Shown in pieces: positions 1 to 8,574 of a stretch of 18,346 nucleotides of DNA; position 1 is the stretch's first letter, and every line of letters starts with the position of its first letter. The stretch spans positions 1-18,346 of the IMG/VR virus record IMGVR_UViG_2531839178_000019. One strand, 5' to 3'. The stretch comes from a virus. Taxonomy: Duplodnaviria; Heunggongvirae; Uroviricota; Caudoviricetes. The position numbers and the translations under genes were made by a program. The notes below the pieces were generated by a model. That model had not been told where the DNA came from. It was given only the letters and a program-made list of their open reading frames with translations, and searched no databases.

Positions 1-378
1 TTACTCAACGTCAAACGCCCGAATTGAAGCCAAATCATCCAGACCGCTCAGCTCCTCTTTCATTTCACGCTGACGGCGATAAATCTCGTCATTGCGCTCA
101 ACCTGTGCCTGAGCCATTGCTGCCGCCAGTTCTTCCAGTTCCGGCATCGACAGTTTCACCTGCTGATTATCCGCATCACTCCACACCATATGTGTTTGTG
201 CCGCGACAGATTTTGCCAGCATGACCACCGGGGACAGGCGGCCCAGTGAGTCGGGGCCAGCATTCCAGATACGACCGTTCCATTCAAACGTGAACGGCTT
301 CGCCTCCTGTTCTGTGCGCCATGCTTCAATTTCCTGACGCCTGGCCTCTCTGGCCGCTTCCAGCATTTCTGGTGTCAC
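1..378 (-). CDS. Putative tail fiber assembly (chaperone)-like protein, C-terminal reading frame; the probable N-terminal segment lies upstream (about 503-563) in another frame
   Basis: ORF ends with TAA at 1-3. It sits directly downstream of the side tail fiber gene, where tfa lies in lambda. No Shine-Dalgarno precedes the in-frame GTG (376-378) or ATG (364-366), whereas the neighbouring frame has GAGGAA-N6-GTG at 561-563. The two frames meet at a 7-nt homopolymer at 496-502. Confidence 0.45.
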   Translation of the reverse strand: MTPEMLEAAREARRQEIEAWRTEQEAKPFTFEWNGRIWNAGPDSLGRLSPVVMLAKSVAAQTHMVWSDADNQQVKLSMPELEELAAAMAQAQVERNDEIYRRQREMKEELSGLDDLASIRAFDVE

Positions 379-573
379 AGTGAATGGGGCTATCTCACCC
401 CATTTGCCGCTTTGCAGTTCCTGCCAGATTTGCTGCCCCGTCGGAGCGACATCATCAGCGGTGGCTGTGTAGGGGACTGCCTGGTCCCTGTCGTCAAAAA
501 AACGTCACAGTCTACTGCGCCACTTTCGGTATAACGGGGATTAATGATTTTTTTAATTTCCACGGTGCATTCC

Positions 574-1989
574 TCACGATGTGCGAATAAAAAGCCCGGG
601 CATTGCGCCAGAGACATGTGCATCCGGCACCCCGGACAGGGCGCAATATGACCCCGGTAATGAATGCTCTGAACATCCCGTAATGAAAAATTGTGGGGAT
701 GCTATATACGTTCCGGTGGGAGTACTGGGCACTGAAATCCCCACCGGTCCCAGTCGTGAGCCTCTGTATGACTGCCCCCTGACAAGTCTGATGACTTTAT
801 CACCGTCAGCTTCTCCCTGGTACGCAGCAATAATCAGCCCGCCAATGTCAGGGTCTCCCCATCTGTTGCGGACAGAGCTCGCCACGATTCTGTAAATAAT
901 ATCTTCTGTGGTTATATTTATTTTCACCCAGCCAGTCAGTCTGGATATGGGCCAGTAGCAGTAGCGGGTGTGATAAATGGGGCCGTTAATGCCGTAAAAA
1001 GTAAGGGATTTGGCTCTGTACCTCGGTTCTGTTGTCTCAGGGCGTGCATCAGTCCACCGGATGCTGAGCACCCCTTCAAACCGTGTGTCGGGTATGATGA
1101 TGTCGTAGGGGCCAGCAACGGAATATTCACCTGGCAGCGCATTCCTTACCCAGGCCAGGAAATCACTCTTAGTGTCAAAACGGATAACATCTTCAGGCAG
1201 AAAAGCACGCCCAAAGCCGAATGCGCCGGGTATCGCCAGACGGCCTTTTGTCCGGTCGTAAATGTCGCTCTGTGCTTCCATCGTGGCCGCACTTTTCAGC
1301 CCCAGATTATCCCGGGACTTCTGTTGTGCCTTTTCGCCTGCTGCTGCGATTTCTGACAGATGGTTAGCCATTTTCAGAGTGCCGGTCAGCGCAGCATCAA
1401 TGTCATTTTTGGCCTGTTCTGCTGCGCGGGCATAACCTGCGGCATCCTGTGCGCTCTGTCCGGCTGCGGCTGCATTTGCTCCTGTGCTTGTCACATCTTC
1501 CGCAGTGGCCTTTCTGTCCTCAGCTGTGACGGTTGCATCCTGTCGGGCTTTCTCCGCAAAACGTTGTGCATCATCACGGGCCGTTGCGGCTGCCGCCACA
1601 TCCTGCGCCGTCTGCTGTGCGTTTCCGGCTGCAGCCCCGGCACTCTGCTGCGCCTGCGCCACCATTTCCTCAAAGCGCTTCATCACCTCCGGACGTAAAT
1701 CACCATCCTTTGGTGCATTCAGAAACGCGTTCAGTGTCCCCGGTGCATCAGTCGGTGCCACATCAATATCCCCGACACGGGTTGGCTGCCAGCCGTTACA
1801 GTGAAGCGCAACCTCGTAATACCCCGGCTCAGCCTCAATCACATAAGCACCGTTATTGTCCGTCACGCAAGTGGCAACAACGTGTGCCACAACGGTCGGA
1901 CTGGTTCTTCTGGCCCGCAGTTCAATCGCACAATTTACGACAGGTTTACCCGCCCCATCTTTCAGTACACCTGAAATCTTTACTGCCAT
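574..1989 (-). CDS. Side tail fiber protein (Stf-like): conserved N-terminal domain, Ala/Gln-rich coiled-coil stalk, divergent C-terminal globular domain
   Basis: 471-aa ORF starting at ATG 1987-1989 (MAVKISGVLKDG...), preceded by GGGGTGA. The first ~100 aa match the N-terminal domain recalled for lambdoid Stf/StfR proteins. The track ORF start at 2031 is an upstream in-frame extension without an RBS. Confidence 0.8.
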   Translation of the reverse strand: MAVKISGVLKDGAGKPVVNCAIELRARRTSPTVVAHVVATCVTDNNGAYVIEAEPGYYEVALHCNGWQPTRVGDIDVAPTDAPGTLNAFLNAPKDGDLRPEVMKRFEEMVAQAQQSAGAAAGNAQQTAQDVAAAATARDDAQRFAEKARQDATVTAEDRKATAEDVTSTGANAAAAGQSAQDAAGYARAAEQAKNDIDAALTGTLKMANHLSEIAAAGEKAQQKSRDNLGLKSAATMEAQSDIYDRTKGRLAIPGAFGFGRAFLPEDVIRFDTKSDFLAWVRNALPGEYSVAGPYDIIIPDTRFEGVLSIRWTDARPETTEPRYRAKSLTFYGINGPIYHTRYCYWPISRLTGWVKINITTEDIIYRIVASSVRNRWGDPDIGGLIIAAYQGEADGDKVIRLVRGQSYRGSRLGPVGISVPSTPTGTYIASPQFFITGCSEHSLPGSYCALSGVPDAHVSGAMPGLFIRTS

Positions 1990-2000
1990 ATTCACCCCAC

Positions 2001-2026
2001 AAAAAGCCCGCCTGAACCAGCGGGCT
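2001..2026 (-). terminator. Rho-independent terminator downstream of lom (minus-strand RNA GCCCGC-loop-GCGGGC followed by UUUUU)
   Basis: Inverted repeat gcccgcc (2006-2012) / gcgggc (2020-2025) with an A-run at 2001-2005 on the plus strand, giving a U-tract on the minus-strand transcript. Confidence 0.6.
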
Positions 2027-2052
2027 GTCATAACACTGTGTTACCTGGCTAA

Positions 2053-2652
2053 TCAGAACTTATAACCGACACCCACGATGAAACCGTCAGTGCGCCAGTC
2101 GCCACTGCCGGAACCTTCATAAGCAAGGTCAATGGCCACGGATTCGGTCGGGTTAAACTGCACGCCAGCCCCCCACGCCAGAGACGTGTTGCTGTGGCGG
2201 TTGTCATCACTCCCGGTCAGCACATCGTGCGTTTTCCCCTTGTTGTCAGTTACGCGGAGATAATCCCCGGAGAAGGTCGACACACGGCTGTAAGCCACGC
2301 CCGCCATCGCATACGCGCTGAACCATTCATTCACGCGCACAGACGGCCCCGCCATCACGCTGAACCAGCGGTTACGCACGGAATCCTCATGCCAGCGGGT
2401 ATCGCTGTAATGCGTTTTTTGCTCATCTTCAGCGTTGGCATAGCTGAATGACGTCACCAGCCCCAGCGTGTCCGTAAACTCATAACGGTATTTCACGTTA
2501 ATGCCCTTCAGGTCATCGCTGCCTGGCATATCAGTATGGGGCTGAAGATACCCGGCGCTCAGCGTGGACTGATGTTCAGACGCCCATGCAGGCGCACCGG
2601 ATACAGCCAGACAGATGGCTGCGGACAAAATGGCTGCACAAACTTTACGCAT
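2053..2652 (-). CDS. lom: Lom family outer membrane protein (Ail/PagC/Lom beta-barrel)
   Basis: 199-aa ORF with a signal peptide (MRKVCAAILSAAICLAVSGAPAWA) and a C-terminus (YEGSGSGDWRTDGFIVGVGYKF) matching lambda Lom as recalled. It lies immediately after J, as in lambda. RBS GAGAGG upstream of ATG 2650-2652. Confidence 0.92.
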   Translation of the reverse strand: MRKVCAAILSAAICLAVSGAPAWASEHQSTLSAGYLQPHTDMPGSDDLKGINVKYRYEFTDTLGLVTSFSYANAEDEQKTHYSDTRWHEDSVRNRWFSVMAGPSVRVNEWFSAYAMAGVAYSRVSTFSGDYLRVTDNKGKTHDVLTGSDDNRHSNTSLAWGAGVQFNPTESVAIDLAYEGSGSGDWRTDGFIVGVGYKF

Positions 2653-2674
2653 AATTACCTCTCGCTTTTCTGCA

Positions 2675-2700
2675 ATAAAAAAGGCACCATTTCTGGTGCC
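2675..2700 (-). terminator. Rho-independent terminator between J and lom (minus-strand RNA GGCACC-AGAAAU-GGUGCC followed by UUUUUUAUU)
   Basis: Perfect 6-bp inverted repeat ggcacc (2683-2688) / ggtgcc (2695-2700) with an A-rich run at 2675-2682 on the plus strand. Confidence 0.65.
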
Positions 2701-2719
2701 CGTATCCGGGTTATAAAAT

Positions 2720-5700
2720 TCAGCTAATCGTGATGCCTGCAGTGGCTTTCTTCATCACAACAACCAGCAAATCGCTGATACTTGCTGTGGGATACCAGCC
2801 ATTTACCAGCCATGCCGATACAGAAAACTCCAGCGTCATGTGACCGTGACCGGCAGGCATATCAATAACACCCGTATATATCAGCGTATTATCCAGGGTC
2901 GTTCGGTTATAAATTTCGGCACCGTTTTTCTTCACTATCAGGCGGCATGACGAATAAATATTGTTATTCTTCCGCTCATGTTTAGCACCGCGAAACGCCA
3001 CCGCGGGAATAACAATTTGCCGATCAAACGGCTGATCGTCATAAACCCTGACGGTAATGGTCCCTGATGGCCACCTCTCCGGTGCCCGGGAGTCCCGTGG
3101 GAAAGGTTTGCCCACTGTTTTAACGAGATCGCCTTCAATCTGGTTCGCGGACAATTTTCCCAGAACCCGACAGTTCTTATTAATCGTGACGTTGTTGAGC
3201 GTCCCGGAGTTCGCGTTCACGTTACCGCTGATATCGGCATTTTTCGCCGTCAGCCGTCCGCCAGGTGTCAGGGAAAATGCCGGAGGATTACCGCCGCTGG
3301 TAATGGTCGGAGCCGTCAGGCGTTTCAGGAACACGTCGTTCATGAATATCTGATCGCCCTGACCAACAAACATCGGCTTTGTGTTGCCATTCGCAGGATT
3401 AATCATCGCAATCCTGTCTGCCGCCAGCAGCACCTGACTCTGCATTCCTGCTGGCGTATTCTCAATACCGGCACCGATACCCGCAATATAAAGGCGTCCG
3501 TCCTTCATCTGTTGCAGCTTCACAGCCCACATGCTGTTCAGGTTATTATTTGTATCAACCTGAACTTTCTGTATCTGCTGGATTGCAGCACTCTGATTTT
3601 CCAGTTTTTTATTGACGGTTTGCGTGATTTCATTGCTGACATTCGTAATGGACGTCCTGATTTCAGTCAGGTCCGGCGCAAGCTGACCGTTATCAATCTG
3701 CGTCCACAACTCCTTGCCGAGATGCGTTTTATTGATCAACCCTTTATAAAAACTCAGATAACCTTCCGCATCATCGCTCGCCCGACCGACGGCCTCCACA
3801 AATGCCGATTTGCCAACGGTGTTCACACTGCGAACGTAAAAATAATAATCATGGCCCGGCCTGATATTGATACTGGCGGCTATCCAGTACAGCGCCGTGC
3901 CAAGATAGCGGGCGCTGGTTTCAACCTGCCTGATATCCGAAATCCGCTTTTCCGAAAACCAGAACTCAAACTGCACCGTCGGGTCATATACAGCCAGTTT
4001 CGGGACCGCCGTTATCTGAAAATACCCCGGTATCAGTTCAATAGTGACAGGCGCTGCCGGTGCCGCAATCCGGAACGATACCGACGCCGGATCGCCCTGC
4101 TGCCCCCGGGCATTTACCGCCCGGACTGTCAGACTGTAATTCCCCAGCGCCAGCTGCCTGAAGCGGTATGTGGTTTCCGTCGTCCTGGCTGTGCTGACCA
4201 GCCGCTCACTGCCGTCGTCCGCTGCCACGGTCAGGCGAAGCAGGAAGCTCACACCCTTCACCACCTTCGGCGTGTCCCATCGCGCCAGCACCTGATATTC
4301 CCCGCTGTCTGCGGTGACTTCGGCGGTCAGATGCTGCACCGCTGGCGGCGTGACACCATTCACCGTGCCGCGCCGGTCACCGTCAAAGTGTGCCCCGTTA
4401 TCCACGATGGCCTCTTTTTCCGGCACATGCTGCACGGCGGTGATGGCATACGTGCCGTCGTCGTTCTCACGGATACTCACGCAGCGGAACAGGCGCTGGC
4501 GCAGCGTCGGCAGCTTCAGCCCCCACACGCTGTATTCTGCAACGCCGTCAGGAACCCGGCTCACTTTCACCTTCACGCCGTCGGTGACGGACTGAACCTC
4601 CACGCTGACCGGATTGCCATTTCCGTCAACCAGGCTTATCAGCGTGGTACCGGAGGACGGCAGCGTGATTTCACGGTCGAGCGTCAGCGTCCGGGTCTGG
4701 CTGTTCACCGCCAGTACGCGACCACCAGTGCTGATACCGGCATAATCATCATCGCAGATTTCAATGACATCACCCGGTACATGGCGAAGCCCTTCTGCGC
4801 CCACGCTGAAGTCCACGGTCTGCGTTTCCAGCAGTTCCGTTTTAATCAGCCACAGCCCGGCGCGGTGCGCCTGTCCCCGGCTGGTACAGCCAAAGGCATC
4901 CATCTTCGTGACGTTACGACCGTAACGGACAATGGCCTGCGTGTCCTCCACAAGCTCTGTCGCCGTCTCATGACCGTTGTCCGGATCAATCCAGTTCACC
5001 TCAACGACATTATGGCGGTCCTTCAGGGCGCTGAAGCTGTAGCGGAACGGCGCGCCATCATCCGGCATCACCACATTACTGCGGTTATAGGTCCACACTT
5101 TATCCGACGGTCGGTCCTGCACGAACGTCAGCGTCTGCCCGTTCCATACCGGCATACAGCGCATCGCCGAGCAGAAATCACTGAGAACATCCCACGCCTT
5201 ACGCTGTGTGGTCAGGTAAGCGTTACAGGTGATGCGCGGCTCCGTGCCGCCAAATCCGTCCGGCACTGACTGGTCGCAGTACTGGCCGATGACATACAGC
5301 GCCCATTTGTCCACATCTGCCGCACCAAGACGTTTCCCCATGCCGTAGCGCGGATGAGTGAGCATGTCCCACAGACACCAGGCCATGTTGTTGCTGTATG
5401 CTGGCTTAAGCGTTCCGTCCCAGATACCGCTGTATTGCCGCGTCTGCGGGTTATAGTTCGACGGCACCTGCAGAATGCGCCCGCGAAGATGATAATTGCG
5501 ACTCACCTGCTGGTTACCGAACTGCTCTGAATCCACCTGCACGCCGACCAGCGCCGTGTTCGGGTAGCACTGTTTCACATCGATGATTTCGGTGTACGAC
5601 GACCAGAGCGTTTTGTTCTGCAGCTGGTCTGTGGTGCTGTCCGGTGTCATCCTGCGCATCCGGATATTAAACGGGCGCGGCGGCAGGTTACCCACCACCA

Positions 5701-6199
5701 CCGAGGCCAGATACTGCGAAGTGGTTTTGCCCTTAATGGTGATGTCTTTTTCCGTCACCCAGCCACCGTTACGCTGTATCTGAACCAGCAGGCGGACTTC
5801 CGACGGATTCCGGTCCCCCTTTGAGGTGGTTTCCACCAGTGCCTGCACACCGAAGGTCAGGCGCAGACGATCAATGTTTGCCGACGTGATGGTCCTGGTG
5901 ATCGGCGTGTCGTATTTCACTTCCGTACCCAGCACAGTCTCTGAGCCGGAAGATTCAAACCCCTCCGGCGGTGTCTGCTCCTGCTCGCCGGCGCGGAACA
6001 CCACCGTAACACCGGAAAAGTTTGTCTTCCCCTCGCTGTCCAGGACCGGCGTACCGTTCAGCAGCACGCTTTTTAATCCATCCACCGGACCGTCAACCGG
6101 CCCTTCGCTGATGGCATCAATCACACTCAGCAACTGCGTGGATTTCAGGTTGTCCTTCGCTTCGCGCGGGGTATGCCCCTTACTGCTGCCTTTACCCAT
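2720..6199 (-). CDS. J: Tail tip / host specificity protein J (central tail fiber)
   Basis: 1159-aa ORF. N-terminus [34 protein letters not shown]... and most of the first ~950 aa match lambda J as recalled; the C-terminal ~200 aa diverge. RBS GAGG upstream of ATG 6197-6199. Confidence 0.95.
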   Translation of the reverse strand: MGKGSSKGHTPREAKDNLKSTQLLSVIDAISEGPVDGPVDGLKSVLLNGTPVLDSEGKTNFSGVTVVFRAGEQEQTPPEGFESSGSETVLGTEVKYDTPITRTITSANIDRLRLTFGVQALVETTSKGDRNPSEVRLLVQIQRNGGWVTEKDITIKGKTTSQYLASVVVGNLPPRPFNIRMRRMTPDSTTDQLQNKTLWSSYTEIIDVKQCYPNTALVGVQVDSEQFGNQQVSRNYHLRGRILQVPSNYNPQTRQYSGIWDGTLKPAYSNNMAWCLWDMLTHPRYGMGKRLGAADVDKWALYVIGQYCDQSVPDGFGGTEPRITCNAYLTTQRKAWDVLSDFCSAMRCMPVWNGQTLTFVQDRPSDKVWTYNRSNVVMPDDGAPFRYSFSALKDRHNVVEVNWIDPDNGHETATELVEDTQAIVRYGRNVTKMDAFGCTSRGQAHRAGLWLIKTELLETQTVDFSVGAEGLRHVPGDVIEICDDDYAGISTGGRVLAVNSQTRTLTLDREITLPSSGTTLISLVDGNGNPVSVEVQSVTDGVKVKVSRVPDGVAEYSVWGLKLPTLRQRLFRCVSIRENDDGTYAITAVQHVPEKEAIVDNGAHFDGDRRGTVNGVTPPAVQHLTAEVTADSGEYQVLARWDTPKVVKGVSFLLRLTVAADDGSERLVSTARTTETTYRFRQLALGNYSLTVRAVNARGQQGDPASVSFRIAAPAAPVTIELIPGYFQITAVPKLAVYDPTVQFEFWFSEKRISDIRQVETSARYLGTALYWIAASINIRPGHDYYFYVRSVNTVGKSAFVEAVGRASDDAEGYLSFYKGLINKTHLGKELWTQIDNGQLAPDLTEIRTSITNVSNEITQTVNKKLENQSAAIQQIQKVQVDTNNNLNSMWAVKLQQMKDGRLYIAGIGAGIENTPAGMQSQVLLAADRIAMINPANGNTKPMFVGQGDQIFMNDVFLKRLTAPTITSGGNPPAFSLTPGGRLTAKNADISGNVNANSGTLNNVTINKNCRVLGKLSANQIEGDLVKTVGKPFPRDSRAPERWPSGTITVRVYDDQPFDRQIVIPAVAFRGAKHERKNNNIYSSCRLIVKKNGAEIYNRTTLDNTLIYTGVIDMPAGHGHMTLEFSVSAWLVNGWYPTASISDLLVVVMKKATAGITIS

Positions 6200-6213
6200 T
6201 CCTCACGCTCCAT

Positions 6214-6240
6214 AAACGACAAAACCGCCCGCAGGCGGTT
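6214..6240 (-). terminator. Hairpin with U-rich tail in the I-J intergenic spacer (possible attenuator)
   Basis: 7-bp inverted repeat aaccgcc (6223-6229) / ggcggtt (6234-6240) with a 4-nt loop; the minus-strand transcript continues UUGUCGUUU. Confidence 0.3.
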
Positions 6241-6259
6241 TCACATAAAACATTTTGCA

Positions 6260-6901
6260 TCAGCGACCAATCACCACAACCTGACCACCATCCCCTTCGT
6301 CTGCCGTGCTGATCTCCTGAGATACCACCCGCGACCCCACGCGCATTTCACCGTACAGAACAGGCAGAACATTGCCCTGGGCAACCATGTTATCCAGTGA
6401 GGAGAAACAGGTGTTCTGTTTGCCGTTATCCGTTGTCTGTGTACGGGGAGTTCTGGCTTTCGGTGCCAGCATCTGTGCAACACCGCCAAGCGTCATACTG
6501 GCACCGAGAGAAAACAGCAGATTACTCGCCATAATTCCTACCCCCGGCATCCATATAGCAACCGCCATAACAGCTGCCCCCAGCACCGCCTGAAACACAC
6601 CGCCACTTTTAGCTCCCACCAGACGCGGTACTATGTGGATCACTGCACCATTTGCCAGCGGCTCATTAAGACGGGCAGACAATTCGGTTTCACCTGCATC
6701 ACGCCCGGCAATGCGCACCTGATACCAGCCGTCACTCAGTTTCTGACGAAACGCCGGGAGCTGTGTGGCCAGTGCGCGGATGGCTTCAGCCCCCGTTTTC
6801 ACACGAAGGTCGATGCGGCGGCCAAATCGTTGCAAATCCCCGTAAAGGCAGATGCGTGCCATTCCCGGTGACGCCAGAGGGAGTGTGTGCGTCGCTGCCA
6901 T
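6260..6901 (-). CDS. I: Tail tip assembly protein I
   Basis: 213-aa ORF whose N-terminus (MAATHTLPLASPGMARICLYGDLQRFGRRIDLRVKTGAEAIRALATQLPAFRQKLSDGWYQVRIAGRD) and C-terminus are near-identical to lambda I as recalled. Its 5' end overlaps the 3' end of K in another frame. Confidence 0.95.
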   Translation of the reverse strand: MAATHTLPLASPGMARICLYGDLQRFGRRIDLRVKTGAEAIRALATQLPAFRQKLSDGWYQVRIAGRDAGETELSARLNEPLANGAVIHIVPRLVGAKSGGVFQAVLGAAVMAVAIWMPGVGIMASNLLFSLGASMTLGGVAQMLAPKARTPRTQTTDNGKQNTCFSSLDNMVAQGNVLPVLYGEMRVGSRVVSQEISTADEGDGGQVVVIGR

Positions 6902-7542
6902 TTGTCGGTATACCTCTCTCGTTTACTCAGTTGTTCAGGAATATGGTGCAGCAGCTCACCATCGCCGCAGTAAATGGCGGCATGATTCGGCACCGATGAA
7001 CCAAAACAGCACAGCAGCACATCGCCCGGTTGTGCTGATGACAACGGCACCTGATACAGCCCTGTGGCCTCCAGATTATCCAGATAGAGATTCTGACCGT
7101 GACGCCACCAGTCATCCCCGCGATGAAAATCCGGCATCTCAATCCCCGCCAGATGATAAGCATCCCGGAACAGCGTGTAACAGTCCGTCACCCCGTGCTC
7201 AAAGCGCCGCCCGGTGAGATGCGGCACACAGCGGAACTTGTGAATCGCCCCCCGGCAGACCAGCCACCACGGCAAATCACTCTGCACCTGCAGCCGCCGG
7301 TCAGCCTCACTCAGCCAGGGCAGACCACCGGGATGACTGTGGACCAGTGCCACAATCTCACCCTGCATTTGTGCCCGCAGCCAGTCCTCCGGAGCCATCC
7401 GGAACCGTTCCTCCGGCTCACCGGAGATATTCTCGCTGGGAAGATACCTGTCTCCCTCCGGCGTTCTCACCACGAAGCCACACGACTCCGCTGGCGCACA
7501 TCGCCGGGCGTGCGCCAGAATCGCTGATTCTGTCTGTGTCAT
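6799..7542 (-). CDS. K: Tail tip assembly protein K (JAB/MPN and NlpC/P60-like domains)
   Basis: Start taken at ATG 7540-7542 (MTQTESAILAHARRCAPAESCGFVV...), 4 bp after the L stop. HSHPGG (JAB-like) and Cys/His motifs are present. The track ORF start at 7806 is an upstream non-ATG extension that would overlap L. Confidence 0.9.
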   Translation of the reverse strand: MTQTESAILAHARRCAPAESCGFVVRTPEGDRYLPSENISGEPEERFRMAPEDWLRAQMQGEIVALVHSHPGGLPWLSEADRRLQVQSDLPWWLVCRGAIHKFRCVPHLTGRRFEHGVTDCYTLFRDAYHLAGIEMPDFHRGDDWWRHGQNLYLDNLEATGLYQVPLSSAQPGDVLLCCFGSSVPNHAAIYCGDGELLHHIPEQLSKRERYTDKWQRRTHSLWRHREWHASAFTGICNDLAAASTFV

Positions 7543-7546
7543 GGAT

Positions 7547-8245
7547 TTACTGAGAAAGTTTATTGATGGAAAGGAAACCGCCGAAATTACCGGTATTGTT
7601 GCGCAACTCACACCCGCGCATACACTTGCTGCATTTGTCCTTCCGGATATCCGTCGTTGGTTTGTCGAACTCGTCAGCCACTGCCCTGCCCGTGTAACCA
7701 CACTCATCAGAACGGTAAGTCCACATACAGGTATTCGCCAGCATGATACGCCCCGGGAAAACCGCGCCATCCGTCTCCGTTGGTGTGGCCAGCACAAAAG
7801 AGGCACTGACCGCGCTCAGTTCGCTGCACTGCTCGATGCGCCAGCGGCTGATCACCTCCTGTTCCGGATCGGCGTCGCTGTTTCCGTTGACGAAGTTCAC
7901 CGCATCCAGAAAACGGGCGTAAACCTTACGCCGGACCACCGTTCCGCCGACCAGACTCTGCAGATCTTCCGCCATCCCGGTGACCATGCCGTGCAGGTTA
8001 GAGACCGTCAGTGTCGGACGGGCAGCACAGCCCCTGCCGTTCAGTTCAAACCCCGACCCCTGAATGGGGTATGCCTGATACTGCCGCCCCTGCCAGGTGA
8101 CCGGCTCACCTTTTTCGTTCTGCTCATTACAGAAAAAATAACGCTCACCACCGACCTCTGTCAGATCGATTTCCCAGAGCTCCACCCGGGCTGACTGCTC
8201 CGCACGGGTGCATTCATTCAGTGTTTCCTGCCGGATATCCTGCAT
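7547..8245 (-). CDS. L: Minor tail protein L
   Basis: 232-aa ORF, the same length as lambda L and highly similar as recalled. Its start overlaps the M stop (ATGA). Confidence 0.95.
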   Translation of the reverse strand: MQDIRQETLNECTRAEQSARVELWEIDLTEVGGERYFFCNEQNEKGEPVTWQGRQYQAYPIQGSGFELNGRGCAARPTLTVSNLHGMVTGMAEDLQSLVGGTVVRRKVYARFLDAVNFVNGNSDADPEQEVISRWRIEQCSELSAVSASFVLATPTETDGAVFPGRIMLANTCMWTYRSDECGYTGRAVADEFDKPTTDIRKDKCSKCMRGCELRNNTGNFGGFLSINKLSQ

Positions 8246-8574
8246 CAGTTCACCACCTGTTCAAAATCGGCCGTTACAGTCACCCATAACGCCCCCACGC
8301 TTGCCGACCATTTACGACAAACCACCCTGATCAGTTTCCAGTCATAAGGTGGCGTCCACTGAAATGCGCGGACGCCACCGTGCCGTTCCAGAAAGGCTTT
8401 TAAAGATGGGTGTTCACCTTTACGAACACGTATCGTCACGCTGTAAGTCGACAACTGGTTATTCAGTCCCGCCGCACGACGCTGTTCATAACCATCGCCC
8501 AGCTTCACTGTCACCACTTTCGGCTCTGATACCACATTCATATCCGGGCGCACTTTCCAGTGAAACGTCTCCAT
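8245..8574 (-). CDS. M: Minor tail protein M
   Basis: 109-aa ORF matching lambda M in length and sequence (…GDGY.QR…FEQVVN). Its ATG shares one base with the H stop codon (TAATG). Confidence 0.95.
   Translation of the reverse strand: METFHWKVRPDMNVVSEPKVVTVKLGDGYEQRRAAGLNNQLSTYSVTIRVRKGEHPSLKAFLERHGGVRAFQWTPPYDWKLIRVVCRKWSASVGALWVTVTADFEQVVN

Noticed and set aside
384-623. Small ORFs 384-590 (+) and 390-623 (-) as independent genes
   Set aside because: The minus-strand one is better explained as the displaced N-terminal frame of the Tfa-like gene plus out-of-frame read-through. The plus-strand one overlaps it antisense and has no signals.
1360-2015. Plus-strand ORFs (112, 106 and 160 aa) with Cys- and Pro/His-rich products inside the tail fiber gene
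   Set aside because: They are antisense readings of the GCN-rich Ala/Gln coiled-coil region of the tail fiber, with no start context and nonsensical composition.
3512-5269. 585-aa plus-strand ORF antisense to J
   Set aside because: It lies entirely within the well-supported J gene on the opposite strand, is Arg/His/Pro-rich and low in complexity, and has no RBS. Long antisense ORFs are expected opposite GC-rich, codon-biased genes.
6799-7806. 335-aa version of K starting at 7806
   Set aside because: The extra 88 N-terminal codons would overlap L in another frame and begin at a non-ATG codon. The conserved MTQTES start at 7540-7542 sits 4 bp after the L stop.
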